From contig NC_057718.1 of assembly GCF_004010195.1 (NCBI RefSeq), positions 591,773 to 636,999 on the forward strand: DNA of 45,227 bases, read 5' to 3'. Of the stretch, positions 13,386 to 24,599 are shown in pieces. A model generated the notes under the pieces. That model ran no database searches. It had not been told where the DNA came from and worked only from the letters and a program-made list of their open reading frames with translations. Both the position numbers and the translations under genes were made by a program. Every line of letters begins with the position of its first letter. Within the stretch, counting starts at the first letter, position 1. The stretch is from Chiloscyllium plagiosum. Taxonomy: Eukaryota.

Positions 13386-13499
13386 AGGTACGGCATCATT
13401 CAGTCTTTGATGTTGAGGGATGAGGAGATACCTAACTCAAGGACTATCGCCCAAAACCTTGCTGCTCTGTGGAATCCATAGTCGGACAAAAAGTGTTCC

Positions 13500-13770
13500 A
13501 TTCTGTAGAGTGAGGTTGGAGTGTCCAGTGAAAAGTCGAGAAACCCTTCATCAGGAATAGGTTGGGGGTGGGGGAAGGGGCCTAACAAATAAAGAGGAGG
13601 GGGTGGGGCTGAGGGAAAGTAGGTGGGAAGGTGATAGGTAGATGCAGGTGGGGGGATTCAGAGGGGAGGGTGGAGTGGATAGGTCACAAGGGCAGTACTG
13701 TGTTGGAGGGTTGCATCTGGGATGGGGTGAGGCGAGATGAGGAAACTGGTGAAATCAACATCGATTTGGA
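13500..13770 (-). mobile_element. Penelope-like element 3' end with decayed hammerhead box
   Basis: Minus strand reads IDVDFTSF-like ORF end, C-rich tract, then TTCCTGATGAAGGG. Confidence 0.6.
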
Positions 13771-14133
13771 AATGATTTATCTTTGAGCAGTTTTCCTGAC
13801 GTTATGCATATTACATAGAGTACTTGCATTGCAACTGTGTCCAAGCACCTCAGAGTGAACTGTTTTGAAAGGAGATGTGGTGAATTTTATTGCAATTTCT
13901 AATGTTTTGTAACACTCTCTCAGTTTCCAAGTGAGAAACGAATTGAAAAGTGGAGGGTGTGAGACTTTCACTGGGTTTGTTCATCTGCTTCTGCTTATGT
14001 GTCAGGGGCAATATTGATTGGCAAAAACTGCTTTGTGTCTCCAAAGATATTGCTTGAAAACGGAAACAATTGTGCAACCTGAGAGATTTGCAAACTTTGC
14101 TGCTTACTCCAAGAAAAGAAAATCTGTCACGTG

Positions 14134-14175
14134 TGTAGTGACGTGGGGAGGCCACCAGAGGCTGGCATTGAATCA
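14134..14175 (+). promoter_or_regulatory. CTCF-like site (forward), left arm of 42-bp inverted pair
   Basis: TGTAGT-N12-CCACCAGAGGCTGG; 12/14 match to CCASYAGRKGGCRS plus upstream-motif-like element. Confidence 0.35.
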
Positions 14176-14488
14176 CTGTAAACAGAAGAGGGAGCGAGAC
14201 TCTGACTCAGAGACAAAAAAACTGCAGATGCTGGAATCCAAAGTAGACAGGCTGGAGGCTGATGCTGCCTGGCTTGCTATGTTCATCACTTTTTAATTCA
14301 TTCATTTATTCATTGAAACTTCCCTCCAGCTGAGTCCCAGAGCAGCCAGAGATAAACCCACAGATACAAAACACATAGAAAAAGGGAGTTAAACACATCT
14401 CAATGGATTCACCACTAATAGAACAGAGACCCCAGGAAAGACACACAAACATAGAAACACACACTAGTGCATACACTTGTATACATTA

Positions 14489-14657
14489 TGATTTGGAGAT
14501 GCCGGTGTTGGAGTGGAGTGTACAAAGTTAAAAATCACACAACACCAGGTTATAGTCCAGCAGGGACTATCACCTGATGAAGGAGCGTCGCTCCGAAAGC
14601 TAGTGTGCTTCCAATTAAACCTGTTGGATTATAACCTGGTGTTGTGTGATTTTTAAC
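14489..14657 (+). mobile_element. Hairpin-shaped Penelope-derived insertion with 13-bp flanking direct repeat
   Basis: ~45-bp inverted arms (14520-14564 / ~14620-14665); CTTGTATACATTA at 14476-14488 and 14658-14670. Confidence 0.8.
14571..14605 (+). ncRNA. Minimal type I hammerhead ribozyme motif
   Basis: CAC-CTGATGA-A-GGAGC-gtc-GCTCC-GAAA-GCTA-GTG: both catalytic boxes, 5-bp stem II, 3-bp stem I, palindromic AGCT in place of stem III. Confidence 0.8.
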
Positions 14658-15065
14658 CTTGTATACATTAGCACACAAACACAGCTATAAACACATAGTG
14701 ATGGTTCTACAGAGATAGACACACTCATAAAAACAGAGACAGAAACACACACAAATACAGAGGAACACACACATGCAGACACACACAGAAACACACAAAC
14801 AAATACAAACACACGGTCACAGGCTCGCACTGAGACACAGACACTTACATACAGAGAAACATAGAAACATACAATCACAGACATACACACACATAGGGAT
14901 AGACACACTGACGGAATCAGAGAGAAACACATATAGAAACAGAGACAAATACAGGAACACAGAGGCACTCAGAGAAACATACAGATATACTGACACAGAG
15001 AGACATGGAGAGAGAGAGAGAAGGTTTCTGGGTCTCTCTCCCAAATGCTGCTGTCTGTGTTTAAT

Positions 15066-15107
15066 TGATGCAATGCCACCCTCTGCTGGCCTCCACACGC
15101 CATTGCA
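15066..15107 (-). promoter_or_regulatory. CTCF-like site (reverse), right arm of 42-bp inverted pair
   Basis: Minus strand TGCAAT-N12-CCAGCAGAGGGTGG; 13/14 match to CCASYAGRKGGCRS. Confidence 0.4.
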
Positions 15108-15456
15108 AAGGAGCAAGTGAGGCTGAAAATCATCAACCAGAGAGAGAGAGAGAGCTCTCAGCAGTGTCGATGGAGACAGATACACTGTACACACACACTG
15201 CTGATGTAGAGAGGATTGCCATTATACTGAGCCTCCTCAGAGTGAAACATGCCCAAGTTCAGAAATGCATGTGTTGCCTCTGCAATGTGGAAATGATTTG
15301 TCTTTGGGTAATTTTCCTGATATTATGCACATTAAATAGAGTATTCCCATCGCAAATGTGTACAGGCACCTCTGATTGTGAAAGGAGACACGATGAATTT
15401 TTTTGCACTCACTTTCTTTTCCATATTTCTCTACCAGGTCCCCCTCAACCTTTCAC

Positions 15457-15770
15457 AGAATCTTAGAATCCCTACAGTGTGAAAACAGGCCATTTGGCCC
15501 ATCGAGTCCACACCGACTCTCCAAAGAGCATCCCAATCACAGCCACCATCCCATCCTATCCTTATAACCTGACATTTCCCATGGCTAATCCACCGAGACA
15601 CTTCAGCATAACCAATCCCTGCATATCTTTGGACTGTGGGAGAAAGCCGGGGCACACACAGGAAACCCACGCAGACACAGGGAGAGCGTGCAAACTCCAC
15701 ACAGACAGATGCCTGGGTCCCTGGCACTGTGAGGCAGTGGTGCTAACCACTAAGCCACCATGTTCCCCCA
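15457..15770 (-). mobile_element. HE1-like SINE, older copy
   Basis: Same V-domain and tRNA-like head on the minus strand, AGAATC-type tail. Confidence 0.85.
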
Positions 15771-15814
15771 ACCTTTGTTGGGTATTTTCTTTAAAGAAAA
15801 TAAATAATGAGGAT

Positions 15815-16155
15815 AAAACAAAGATACTAGAGATCTAAAACAAAATACAAATTGCTGGAGAACCTCAGCAAGTCTGACAGCGTCTGTGAAACACTCCCAG
15901 AAATTTAAGATTCTGCCAGATCCAAATAGCCCAAAGATCGATGATGTCAGGAGAAGGCTGAAAGGAAATCAGATAGAGGGTTTTTAAATCCTGAGTGGGC
16001 TGGATGGAGTAGATAGGAATAAGAATGAGACGGGTTCTGGTCTGAAGAGTCATACTGGACTCAAAACATTAGCTGTTTTTCTCCACAGGTGCTGCCAGAC
16101 CTGCTGAGTTTTTCCAGTAATATCTGCTTCTTTTGTTTCAGATTTCCAGTATCTT
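15815..16155. mobile_element. Old Penelope-derived inverted-repeat element
   Basis: Arms TTGCTGGAGAACCTCAGCAAGTCTGACAGCG / TGCTGCCAGACCTGCTGAGTTTTTCCAGTAA; decayed CTGAAGA..GACTCAAAACATTA box at ~16042-16070. Confidence 0.6.
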
Positions 16156-16625
16156 TGTTTAATCATCATTATTTCAGATTTCCAGCACTGGGGGGCATTA
16201 TTTCACCCTTACAGGAGAGAGAGGGTGGAGAATAAAGGCAGTGTGTGAAAGAAGGAGAGAGGAATAATTCTTTCACTGAACGGGTGGTTAGAGTCCAGAA
16301 ATTCATTGCCTGGAAAAGGGGTAGGAGGCATTCAAAAGGGCAATGGATAGTTATTTGGATAGAAATGGTAAGTGTGGAGAATATGGGGAAAAGGCAGGAG
16401 ATTGACACAAGGTAAGGAAGGTCGTTTGAAGAGCTAATTCAGGTAAAGGGGCATCCATCTGCACTGTAACCATTCTGTCACATTGGTATGTCTTAAACAT
16501 TTTCTTTTTCATGGGAGGTGTAGAACTTAAACAAAAGAAAAATGGGTTTGCTTCCCGGGGAATTAACTGTGGTGTGGGATGGTGCCAAAATATTTCAAAG
16601 TGTCTCTGCTGTCATAATCGTTTGT

Positions 16626-16945
16626 GGGCGGCACGGTGGCACAGTGGTTAGCACTGCTGCCTCACAGCGCCAGAGACCTGGGTTCAATTCCCGCCTCAGG
16701 CGACTGACTGTGTGGAGTTTGCACGTTCTCTGCGTGGGTTTCCTCCGGGTGCTCCAGTTTCCTCCCACAGTCCAAAGGTGTGCAGGTCAGGTGAATTGGC
16801 CATACTAAATTGCCCGTAGTGTTAGGTAGGGGGTAAATGCAGGGGTATGGGTGGGTTGCGCTTCGGCGGGGCGGTGTGGACTTGTTGGGCCGAAGGGCCT
16901 GTTTTCACATTGTAAGTAATCTAATCTAATGTAATCTAATCTAAT
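16626..16945 (+). mobile_element. HE1-like tRNA-derived V-SINE
   Basis: Box A 16637-16647, box B 16681-16691, V-domain, LINE-like 3' end GGGCCGAAGGGCCTGTT, (TAATC)n tail. Confidence 0.93.
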
Positions 16946-17719
16946 GTGAGGCCCATTATGATTGCCCCAGAATGGAGGTACTTGCTGGGCTTCCTCAGAG
17001 GGCAACTCTGAGTCACTGCATTGCTGGCAGTCACATGCAAGTCAGACCAAAGGTAAAATCTACAGCTTTATAACTTCTCTGTATTTCTCACTGTTTAAAA
17101 ACCAAGGCCCGAGGAAGTAAATGTTGCATTTTGGGGGATAAAAAAGACGAGTAACTGGACCCCATTGTAATCTGTGTTTATACAGCTGCAGTAGAGAGAG
17201 AGAGAGAGAGAGAGATATGAGACCGGTTGGTGTGTGTGTGCAAGCATACAGTGGGATCATCCAGCACTGGCTGCCCATTGGTTTGTTGATTTGTGAATTC
17301 CAGCGATCACCAGCCTGATGCCACCTTGCCTGGGCAGTTGAACAGATCTCCTGGCTGGAATCTCTCTGCAGTTGAAGACCCCAAGCCTGGAGACAGTCTA
17401 TTCCACCATTTTTCTAACCTGAAGACTGTGAAACTAAAAATATGAAAGTGTAAAGGGACTGTGTCTTTGGCAAAGGATTGAACAAACCTGGAAGGACACA
17501 GAAGATCTTGGGATGACGAACAAATAAACCCACTTGTGAACTGGTGCTATTAAACAGTGGTCCCCCAGTCTGGTCTCTCCCCCTAAAACCAACAGCAGCT
17601 AGTGGAATTTAATCAAGCAGCAACAAACCTAGTCTCAGTAATGATGACCATGAAACAATCATCGATTACTGCACACATTCCTCAGGTTAATGTCCTAGGT
17701 CCCAACCATCTCCAGCTGC

Positions 17720-18440
17720 TTCATCTAGGACCTTCCCTCCATCGTAAGGTCAGGAATGGGGATGTTCACTGATCATTTCACAACATTCAGCTCCATTCGA
17801 TGTTCCTGAAGCAGTTCATATTCAAATGTGACAAGATCTCGACAATATCCAGGCTTAGGCTGACAAGGGGCAAGGAATGTTCATGCCACACAAATGTCAA
17901 GCTATGCCCATCATCAATATGAGATAATCTAACCATCACCCCCATTCAATGGTGTTACTGTCACTGAATCCTACCACCACGTCTCCCACTCCCCACACCC
18001 CCACTATCAACATCCTGAGAGTTACCACTGAGAGAGAATCGAACCATCGCCACCTTCACATTCAATGGTGTTATCGTCACTGATACTCCCCTACGCACAA
18101 TCAACATCTTGGGGTTTGATGGGGGGGGGAGCTTGTTGGGGGTTACCATTGAGCAGAAAGTGAACTGGACTTCATATCAATACAGCAGCTACAAGAGCAG
18201 GTCAGAGGCTTGCATCAAGTAACTCCCCTCCTGACTCTCTCCCAAAGCCTGTCCACCATCTACAAGGCACAAGTCAGGAGTGTGAAGGAATATCCCCCAC
18301 TTGCCTGGATATGTGTGACACTGCAACTCACTCCTTCCAGCACCCACACACAGCAGCAGCAGTACGTACCATCTACAAAACACACTACAGTGACTTGCCA
18401 AGGTTCCTCTGCCTGATAGCACCTGACAAACCCATCACCT
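17720..18440 (+). mobile_element. Decayed L2/CR1-group LINE RT 3' region
   Basis: LSTIYKAQVRSVKEYPPLAW and DLDNIQA motifs; internal duplication of the CATTCAATGGTGTTA segment. Confidence 0.7.
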
Positions 18441-18605
18441 CTGACCCTCACCCAGTCTGTGTCTGTCTGTCTGTCTCTCTCTCTCCTCTCACACCCAGTC
18501 TGTCTGTCTCGCTCTCTCTCCCCACCTCCAGCTCAGCCTGTGTGCCTCTGTGTCTGTTTTTGTGTCTGTCTCTCTGTCTCCCTCCGCTCCCCCTGTTCCT
18601 GATAC

Positions 18606-18698
18606 CTGTCGGCTGGTTGCAGCATCCTCAGGTTTCTGGTCATCTCAGACATAGAGGAACTGAGGGAACTGCAGCGAGATTCCCTTCTCTTTGTCCAC
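18606..18698 (-). pseudogene. LIG1: Orphan DNA ligase 1 exon (OB-fold, motif VI) with in-frame stop
   Basis: 93-bp phase-0 exon ctcag|GTG...CAG|gtatc translating VDKEKGISLQFPQFLYV*DDQKPEDAATSRQ, versus LIG1 [31 protein letters not shown] (human, from memory); TGA at 18647-18645. Confidence 0.85.
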
Positions 18699-18780
18699 CT
18701 GAGGATGAGGATCAGCAGTGAGACCATCAGCTCAGCGATGGCGGTGTGAGAGAGAGCGAGACAGATAGAGAGATATTAAT

Positions 18781-19604
18781 AGAACATAGAACACAGAAAA
18801 ATACAGCACAGATCAGGCCCTTCAGCCCACGATGTTGTGCTGAGGATTAATCCTAATCTAAAATAAAATAACCTAACCTACACACCCCTCAATTCACTGC
18901 TGTCCATGTGCATGCCCAGCAGTCGCTTAAATGTCCCTAATGTCTCTGCTTCCACCACCACCGCTGGCAACGCATTCCATGCATTCACAGATCTCTGCAT
19001 AAAGAACCTTCCTCTGACATCTCCTCTATACCTTTCTCCTAATAACTTAAAACTATGACCCCTCGTAACAGTCAATATTGCCCTGGGGAAAAGTCTCTGG
19101 CTATTGACTCTATCCATGTCTCTAATTATCTTGTATACCTTGATGAGGTCACCTCTCTCCCTGCTTCTCTCCAGAGAGAAAAGTCCGGGTTTAGTCAACC
19201 TTTCTTCAGAAGGCAACCCCTCCAGTCCAGGCAGCATCCTGGTAAACCTCCTTTGCACCCTCTCCAAAGCCTCTGTATCTTTCCTATAGTAGGGCGACCA
19301 GAACCGGACACAATATTCCAAGTGTGGTCTCACCAGGGACGTGTAGAGCTGCAGCAAAACCTCACGGCTCTTAAAGTCAATCCCCCTGTTAATGAAAGCC
19401 AACACCATATGCTTTCTCAACAACCCCATCCACTTGGGTGGCAACTTTGAAGGATCTATGAACTTGCACACTAAGATCCCTCTGTTCCTCCACACTGCCA
19501 ACAATCCTGTCTTTAATCCTATATTCAGCATTCAAGTTCGACCTTCCAAAATGCACCACTTCACATTTATCCAGGTTAAACTCCATCTGCCATTTCTCAG
19601 CCAT
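18781..19604 (-). mobile_element. 5'-truncated CR1/HER1-type LINE
   Basis: AEKWQMEFNLDKCEVVHFG and LYTSLVRPHLEYCVRFWSPY...RGHSFKL; (TGTTCTA)n tail. Confidence 0.92.
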
Positions 19605-22600
19605 GAGTAATTGTGCCTTAGTGTCCAGGGATGTGCAGGTTAGGGTGGATTGGCTATGCTAAATTACCCATAGTGCTTAGTAATGTGCAGGTTAAGGTGG
19701 ATTGATCGTGCTAAATTGTTCCAAAGTGCCCAAGGATGTGCAGGTTAAAGTGGATTGGTTATGCTAGATTGTCCATAATGTCCAGGATGTTCAGTTTAGG
19801 GTGGATTGGCCTTGCTGAATTGTCCTGTTTTGCCCCAGGTCTGCGCAGATTAGGGAGGATTGGCCATGTTTAATTTGTCCCATAGTCTTCAGGGATATAT
19901 CGGTTAGAGTGGATGGGCCATGTTAAATTACCCATAGTGCTCAGAGATGTGCAGTTTAGTCTGGATTGGCCATGCTAAATTGCCCCATAGTATCCAGGGA
20001 TGGGCAGGTTAGACTGAATTGCCCATAATAAATTGTCCCATAGTGCCTAATGACGTGCAGGTTAGGGTGGATTGGTAATGCTAAATTGCCCATTGTGTCC
20101 AGAGATGTGCAGGTTATTGTGGATTGACTGTGTTAAATTACCCATAGTGTCCAGAATGTGCAGGTTAGGGTGGATTGACCAGGCTAAATTACCCCGTAGC
20201 ATCCAGGGATTTGCAAGTTAGGGCGGATTGGCTATATTAAATTATCCAGGTAAAACAAGGGCTGCAGATGCTGGAAGCCAGATTCTAGATTAAAGTGGTG
20301 CTGGAAAAGCACAGCAGTTCAGGCAGCATCCGAGGAGCAGGAAAATCGACGTTTTGGGCAAAAGCCCTTCATCAGGAATGTGCCCTTCCTGATGAAGGGC
20401 TTTTGCCCAAAACGTCGATTTTCCAGCTCCTCGGATGCTGCCTGAACTGCTGTGCTTTTCCAGCACCACTTTAATCCATATTAAATTATCCATAATGCCC
20501 AGGGATATGCAGGTTAGGATAGATTTGTTGCGCTAAGTTGTCCCATAGTGCCCAGGGATGAGCAGGTTAGGGTGGATTGGCCATGCTAAATTACCCCCTG
20601 GTGTTCAGGGATGTGTAGGTTAGGGTGGATTGGCCATTCTAAATTATTCATAGTGACCAGGGATGTGTAGTTTAGGGTGGATTAGCCATGCTATATTACC
20701 CCATGGTGTTCAGGGATGTGTAGGTTAGGGTGGATTAGCCATGCTATATTACCCCATGGTGTTCAGGGATGTGTAGGCTAGGGTGGATTAGCCATGCTAT
20801 ATTACCCATAGTGCCCAGGGAAGTGCAGGTTAGTGTGAATTGGTCATGCTAAATTACCCGTAGTGCCCAGGGAAGTGCAGGTTAGGGTGGATTGACCATG
20901 CTAAATTACCCATAGAGCCCAGGGAAGTGCAGGTTAGGGTGGATTGACAATGCTAAATTACCCGTAGAGTCCAGGGAAGTGCAGGTTAGGGTGGATTGAC
21001 CATGCTAAATTACTCAGAGTGTCCAGCGAAGTGCAGGTTAGGGTGGATTGGTCATGCTAAATTATCCATAGTGCACAGGGAAGTGCAGGTTAGGGTGGAT
21101 TGACCATGCTAAATTACCCATAGAGCCCAGGGAAGTGCAGGTTAGGGTGGATTGACAATGCTAAATTACTCATAGAGTCCAAGAAAGTGCAGGTTAGGGT
21201 GGATTGACCATGCTAAATTACCCATAGTGCACAGGGAAGTGCAGGTTAGGTTGGATTGACCATGCTAAATTACTCATAGTGCACAGGGAAGTGCAGGTTA
21301 GGGTGGATTGACCATGCTAAATTACTCATAGTGTCCAGGATTTGCAGGTTAGGGTGGATTGACCATGCTAAATTACTCATACTGTCCAGGATTTGCAGGT
21401 TAGAGTGGATTGACCATGCTAAATTACTCATAGAGTCCAAGAAAGTGCAGGTTAGGGTGGATTGACCATGCTAAATTACCCATAGAGTCCAGGGAAGTGC
21501 AGGGTAGGGTGGATTGACCATGCTAAATTACCCATAGAGTCCAGGGAAGTGCAGGTTAGGGTGGATTGGTTATGCTAAGTAATCCATAATACCCAGGAAT
21601 GTGCAGGTTCGGGTGGGTTGGCCATGCTAAATCGTCCCGTTGTGTCAAGGGATATGTAGATTTAGCTGCATTGGTTATTCTAAGTTACCCATAGTGCCCG
21701 GGTATGTGAAGGCTAGGGTGGAATGTTCATGCTGAGTTGTCCCATAGTGCCCATGGATGTGCAGGTTAGGGTGGATTGACCATACTAAATTACCCATAGT
21801 GCCCATGGATGTGCAGGTTAGGGTGGATTGACCATGCTAAATTGTCTCCTAGTGTTCAGGGATAATTAGGTTAGGGTGGATTGACCATGCTAAATTACCC
21901 TATGGTTTTCAGCAAAGTGTAGGTTAGGGTGGATCGGCCATGCTAAATTACCCATAGTGCCTGGAAATGTGCAGTTTAGGGTGGGTTGGCCATGCTAAAT
22001 TCTCCCATAGTGTCCAGGGATGTGCAGGTTTAGTTGCATTGGCTATTCTAAATTACCCATAGTGCCCCAGTATGTGAAGGTTAGGGTGGATTATTCATAC
22101 TAAATTGTCCCATAGTGCCCAAGAAAATGCAGGTTAGAGTGGAGTGGCCATGTTAAATTACCCAGAGTCCAGGGAAGTGCAGATTATGGTGGATTGATTA
22201 TGCTAAATAATCCATAGTGCCCAGGATTGCGCACATTCAGGTGGGTTGGTCATGCTACATTGTCTTGTAATGTTCGGGGATATGTAGGTTAGGGTAGATT
22301 GACCATGCTAAATTCCCCTATGGTGTTCAAGCATGTGTAGGTTAGGGTGGATTAGCAATACTAAATTATTCATAGTGCCCAGGGATGTGTAGGTTAAACT
22401 GGATTGGCCTTGCTAAATTACCCCATGGTGTTCAGGGATGTGTAGGTTTGGGTAGACTGGCCACGCTAAATTGTCCCGTAGTGCCCAGGGATGTGTAATT
22501 TAGGAAGGATTGGCTGTGCTAAATTGTTCTGTAGCTTTCAGGGATATGTAGGTTAGGGTAGATTGACCATGCCAAATTACCCCATGGTGTTCAGACATGT

Positions 22601-22884
22601 ATAGGTTAGGGTGGATTGGCAATACTACATTACCCATAGTGCCCAGGGATGTGCAGGTTAGGCTGGATTAGCCATGCTAAATTATTCATAGTGACCAGGG
22701 AGGGTGGAGTCGCCAGGCTAAATTGTCCCATAATGTCCAGGGATATGCAGTTTAGACTGGATTGGCCACGATAAATTAACCCATGGTTTTCAGGGATGTG
22801 TAGGTTAGGGTGGATTAGCCATGCTAAATTAGCAATAGTGCCCAGGGAAGTGTAGGTTACGGTGGGTTGGCCATGCTCAATTGT
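19605..22884. repeat. 52-bp minisatellite derived from the HE1 SINE core, ~55-60 copies
   Basis: Unit CCATAGTGCCCAGGGATGTGCAGGTTAGGGTGGATTGGCCATGCTAAATTAC aligns to SINE segment 16765-16821. Confidence 0.95.
20249..20477. mobile_element. Palindromic Penelope-derived insertion with two back-to-back hammerhead-like boxes
   Basis: ~90-bp arms (one mismatch seen) around TGTGCCC; 15-bp duplication ATATTAAATTATCCA at 20234-20248 and 20478-20492. Confidence 0.88.
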
Positions 22885-23467
22885 CAAAATATATCAAGGA
22901 ATTATTTTATTTAAAGACAAGTGTAAGACAGATGTAATTCAATTAGTCCATGACTATGCTTTAAACAGAACACACTTTATTCTTACAACACAATTAAAAT
23001 ACAAACAAAACAAGAATTCGCATAACTTTAACTCTCTTGAAATATTTAACAAAATAATATACAATTTAAACTACTAATAAGCAACTGTTCCAGTATATCA
23101 GCATCCCATAAACATACCTATGGCAAAGGTAAATTCAGCAAAGCAGATTTTCCTCACGTGCTATCTCATTCCCAATACAGGTGGAAGGAACATCAAAAGA
23201 AACAATCTAGCAGCAGAGAGAGGACACTCGAGCTTTTTGGGAAGGATCTATCAGCTTCTACAGCCAGCTCCAAACCATCACTGAAAGCAAAACGAAAACC
23301 CTGGGTCTGTGTGAGCCTGACTCCGCCCACTCATGCTTCTTTTGTCTAATTCTAAAACCTCAGAGAGATTAAAGCTGTTTCCACACTGCTCCTGGCACCA
23401 CGATACCAACACCTCTCTGCAAGAGAAACAGCACTGAACAAATATCTTATAAGTACAGTACCATCAC
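22882..23467 (-). mobile_element. Possible solo LTR
   Basis: TG...CA termini, GC box and minus-strand AATAAA; no TSD found. Confidence 0.3.
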
Positions 23468-23543
23468 ATGATCTATTCCTCTTGATACTGTCACATCCCT
23501 ACCCTGATCACATCCATGAGATATTAATTAGTTACACTGATTC

Positions 23544-23632
23544 ATTCCTGATGAAGGGTTTTTGCCCGAAACATCAATCTCCTGCTCCTTGGATGCTGTC
23601 TGACCCACTGTGCTTTTCCAGCAACACTCTCC
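23544..23632 (+). mobile_element. Penelope-derived end with hammerhead core
   Basis: CTGATGA(23548-54)-A-GGGT-tttt-GCCC-GAAA-CATC; ACGT palindrome decayed to ACAT. Confidence 0.7.
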
Positions 23633-24599
23633 CGACTACAGAGTCAGAAACATTTGCAGCACAGAAGCCATAAGACTGAAATGGGCTCACAGTGGAGCTA
23701 TCTAGTCTTTTCTTACAGCCCTGACAGTTTATTTTCAGGTCCTCATCACATAATCTTGTAAACATCTAACAAACCTCCTCTCAATCTCATTTACGCCATG
23801 GAAAATGAATCCAATTTCACCAAACCTATATCTTAGATAAAATTTCAATCCTTGGGAATCACTCTGGTAAATCTCCACTGACCCGCTCAATGAACTTATC
23901 TTTCAGAAAGTGTGTTGCATATTGCGATTCCCTAAGAACGGAAATTTCTTAGTAGTGTGCTGTGTAGTATGAGATTTCATTTAACAGCTACTACAACAGT
24001 AATTAACTTTCCAAAACACGGAGGTCACAATGCCCACTAAACTAATGCTAACAGTTTATCGGGTGCCAAGTGCACCCTCATATCAGAGCATTGTTTCTGA
24101 AATGTTTTGTTCTTGGAAGGAATGAAAGCCACGCCTCAGATGATGTTGGGCAAGGGAACAACAATCACCTAACATCATGAATGGCTGTCCCATGGCCACT
24201 GACCAAAAGGATTCAGATAATTGATGGACACAGTGGAAGTTACCTGCCCTAGAAATAAGGTACAGTAAGTGCCCAGAGCAGAGGGGAGTTCTTTTCTGGG
24301 TAGTTCTCATCAAGCAGACCTTGGAAGCAGCAGTTCTCATTGGGTGGTCTCCAGGCAACAGTTTTCATTGAGCAGTCCCCACTAGGCAGATGAAAGATGG
24401 ACCAGAGGGGAAGAGGAAGACCAAGGGAAGGGCTCACTAACTCCTTGGCCAGAGAGCAGGATGCTGCCCCCATCACTTGTACAAGACCAAAGCATTCCAT
24501 GCCAGTAGTCTGTTTACCCTCTGCTATCATTGCACCATGCCCAATCGTCACAGTTGTATATTTTCTTTATCTAATTAAGTAATGGATCAAATCTAAACT

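Noticed and set aside
16626..16700. tRNA gene
   Set aside because: A and B boxes are the head of a SINE that continues into V-domain and LINE-like tail, with several copies in the window.
17060..17278. Possible final LIG1 exon after a (CT)n acceptor (LYKHRLQWG)
   Set aside because: Similarity limited to LYK; not supportable.
18533..18727. ORF MVSLLILILRW... as first exon with signal peptide
   Set aside because: A different frame matches LIG1 between exact splice sites.
19605..22884. Telomere or telomere-fusion relic
   Set aside because: TTAGGG occurs singly per 52-bp unit, never tandem.
24080..24560. GC-balanced stretch with 91-100 aa ORFs
   Set aside because: No recognisable motif or splice pattern; cannot support a call.
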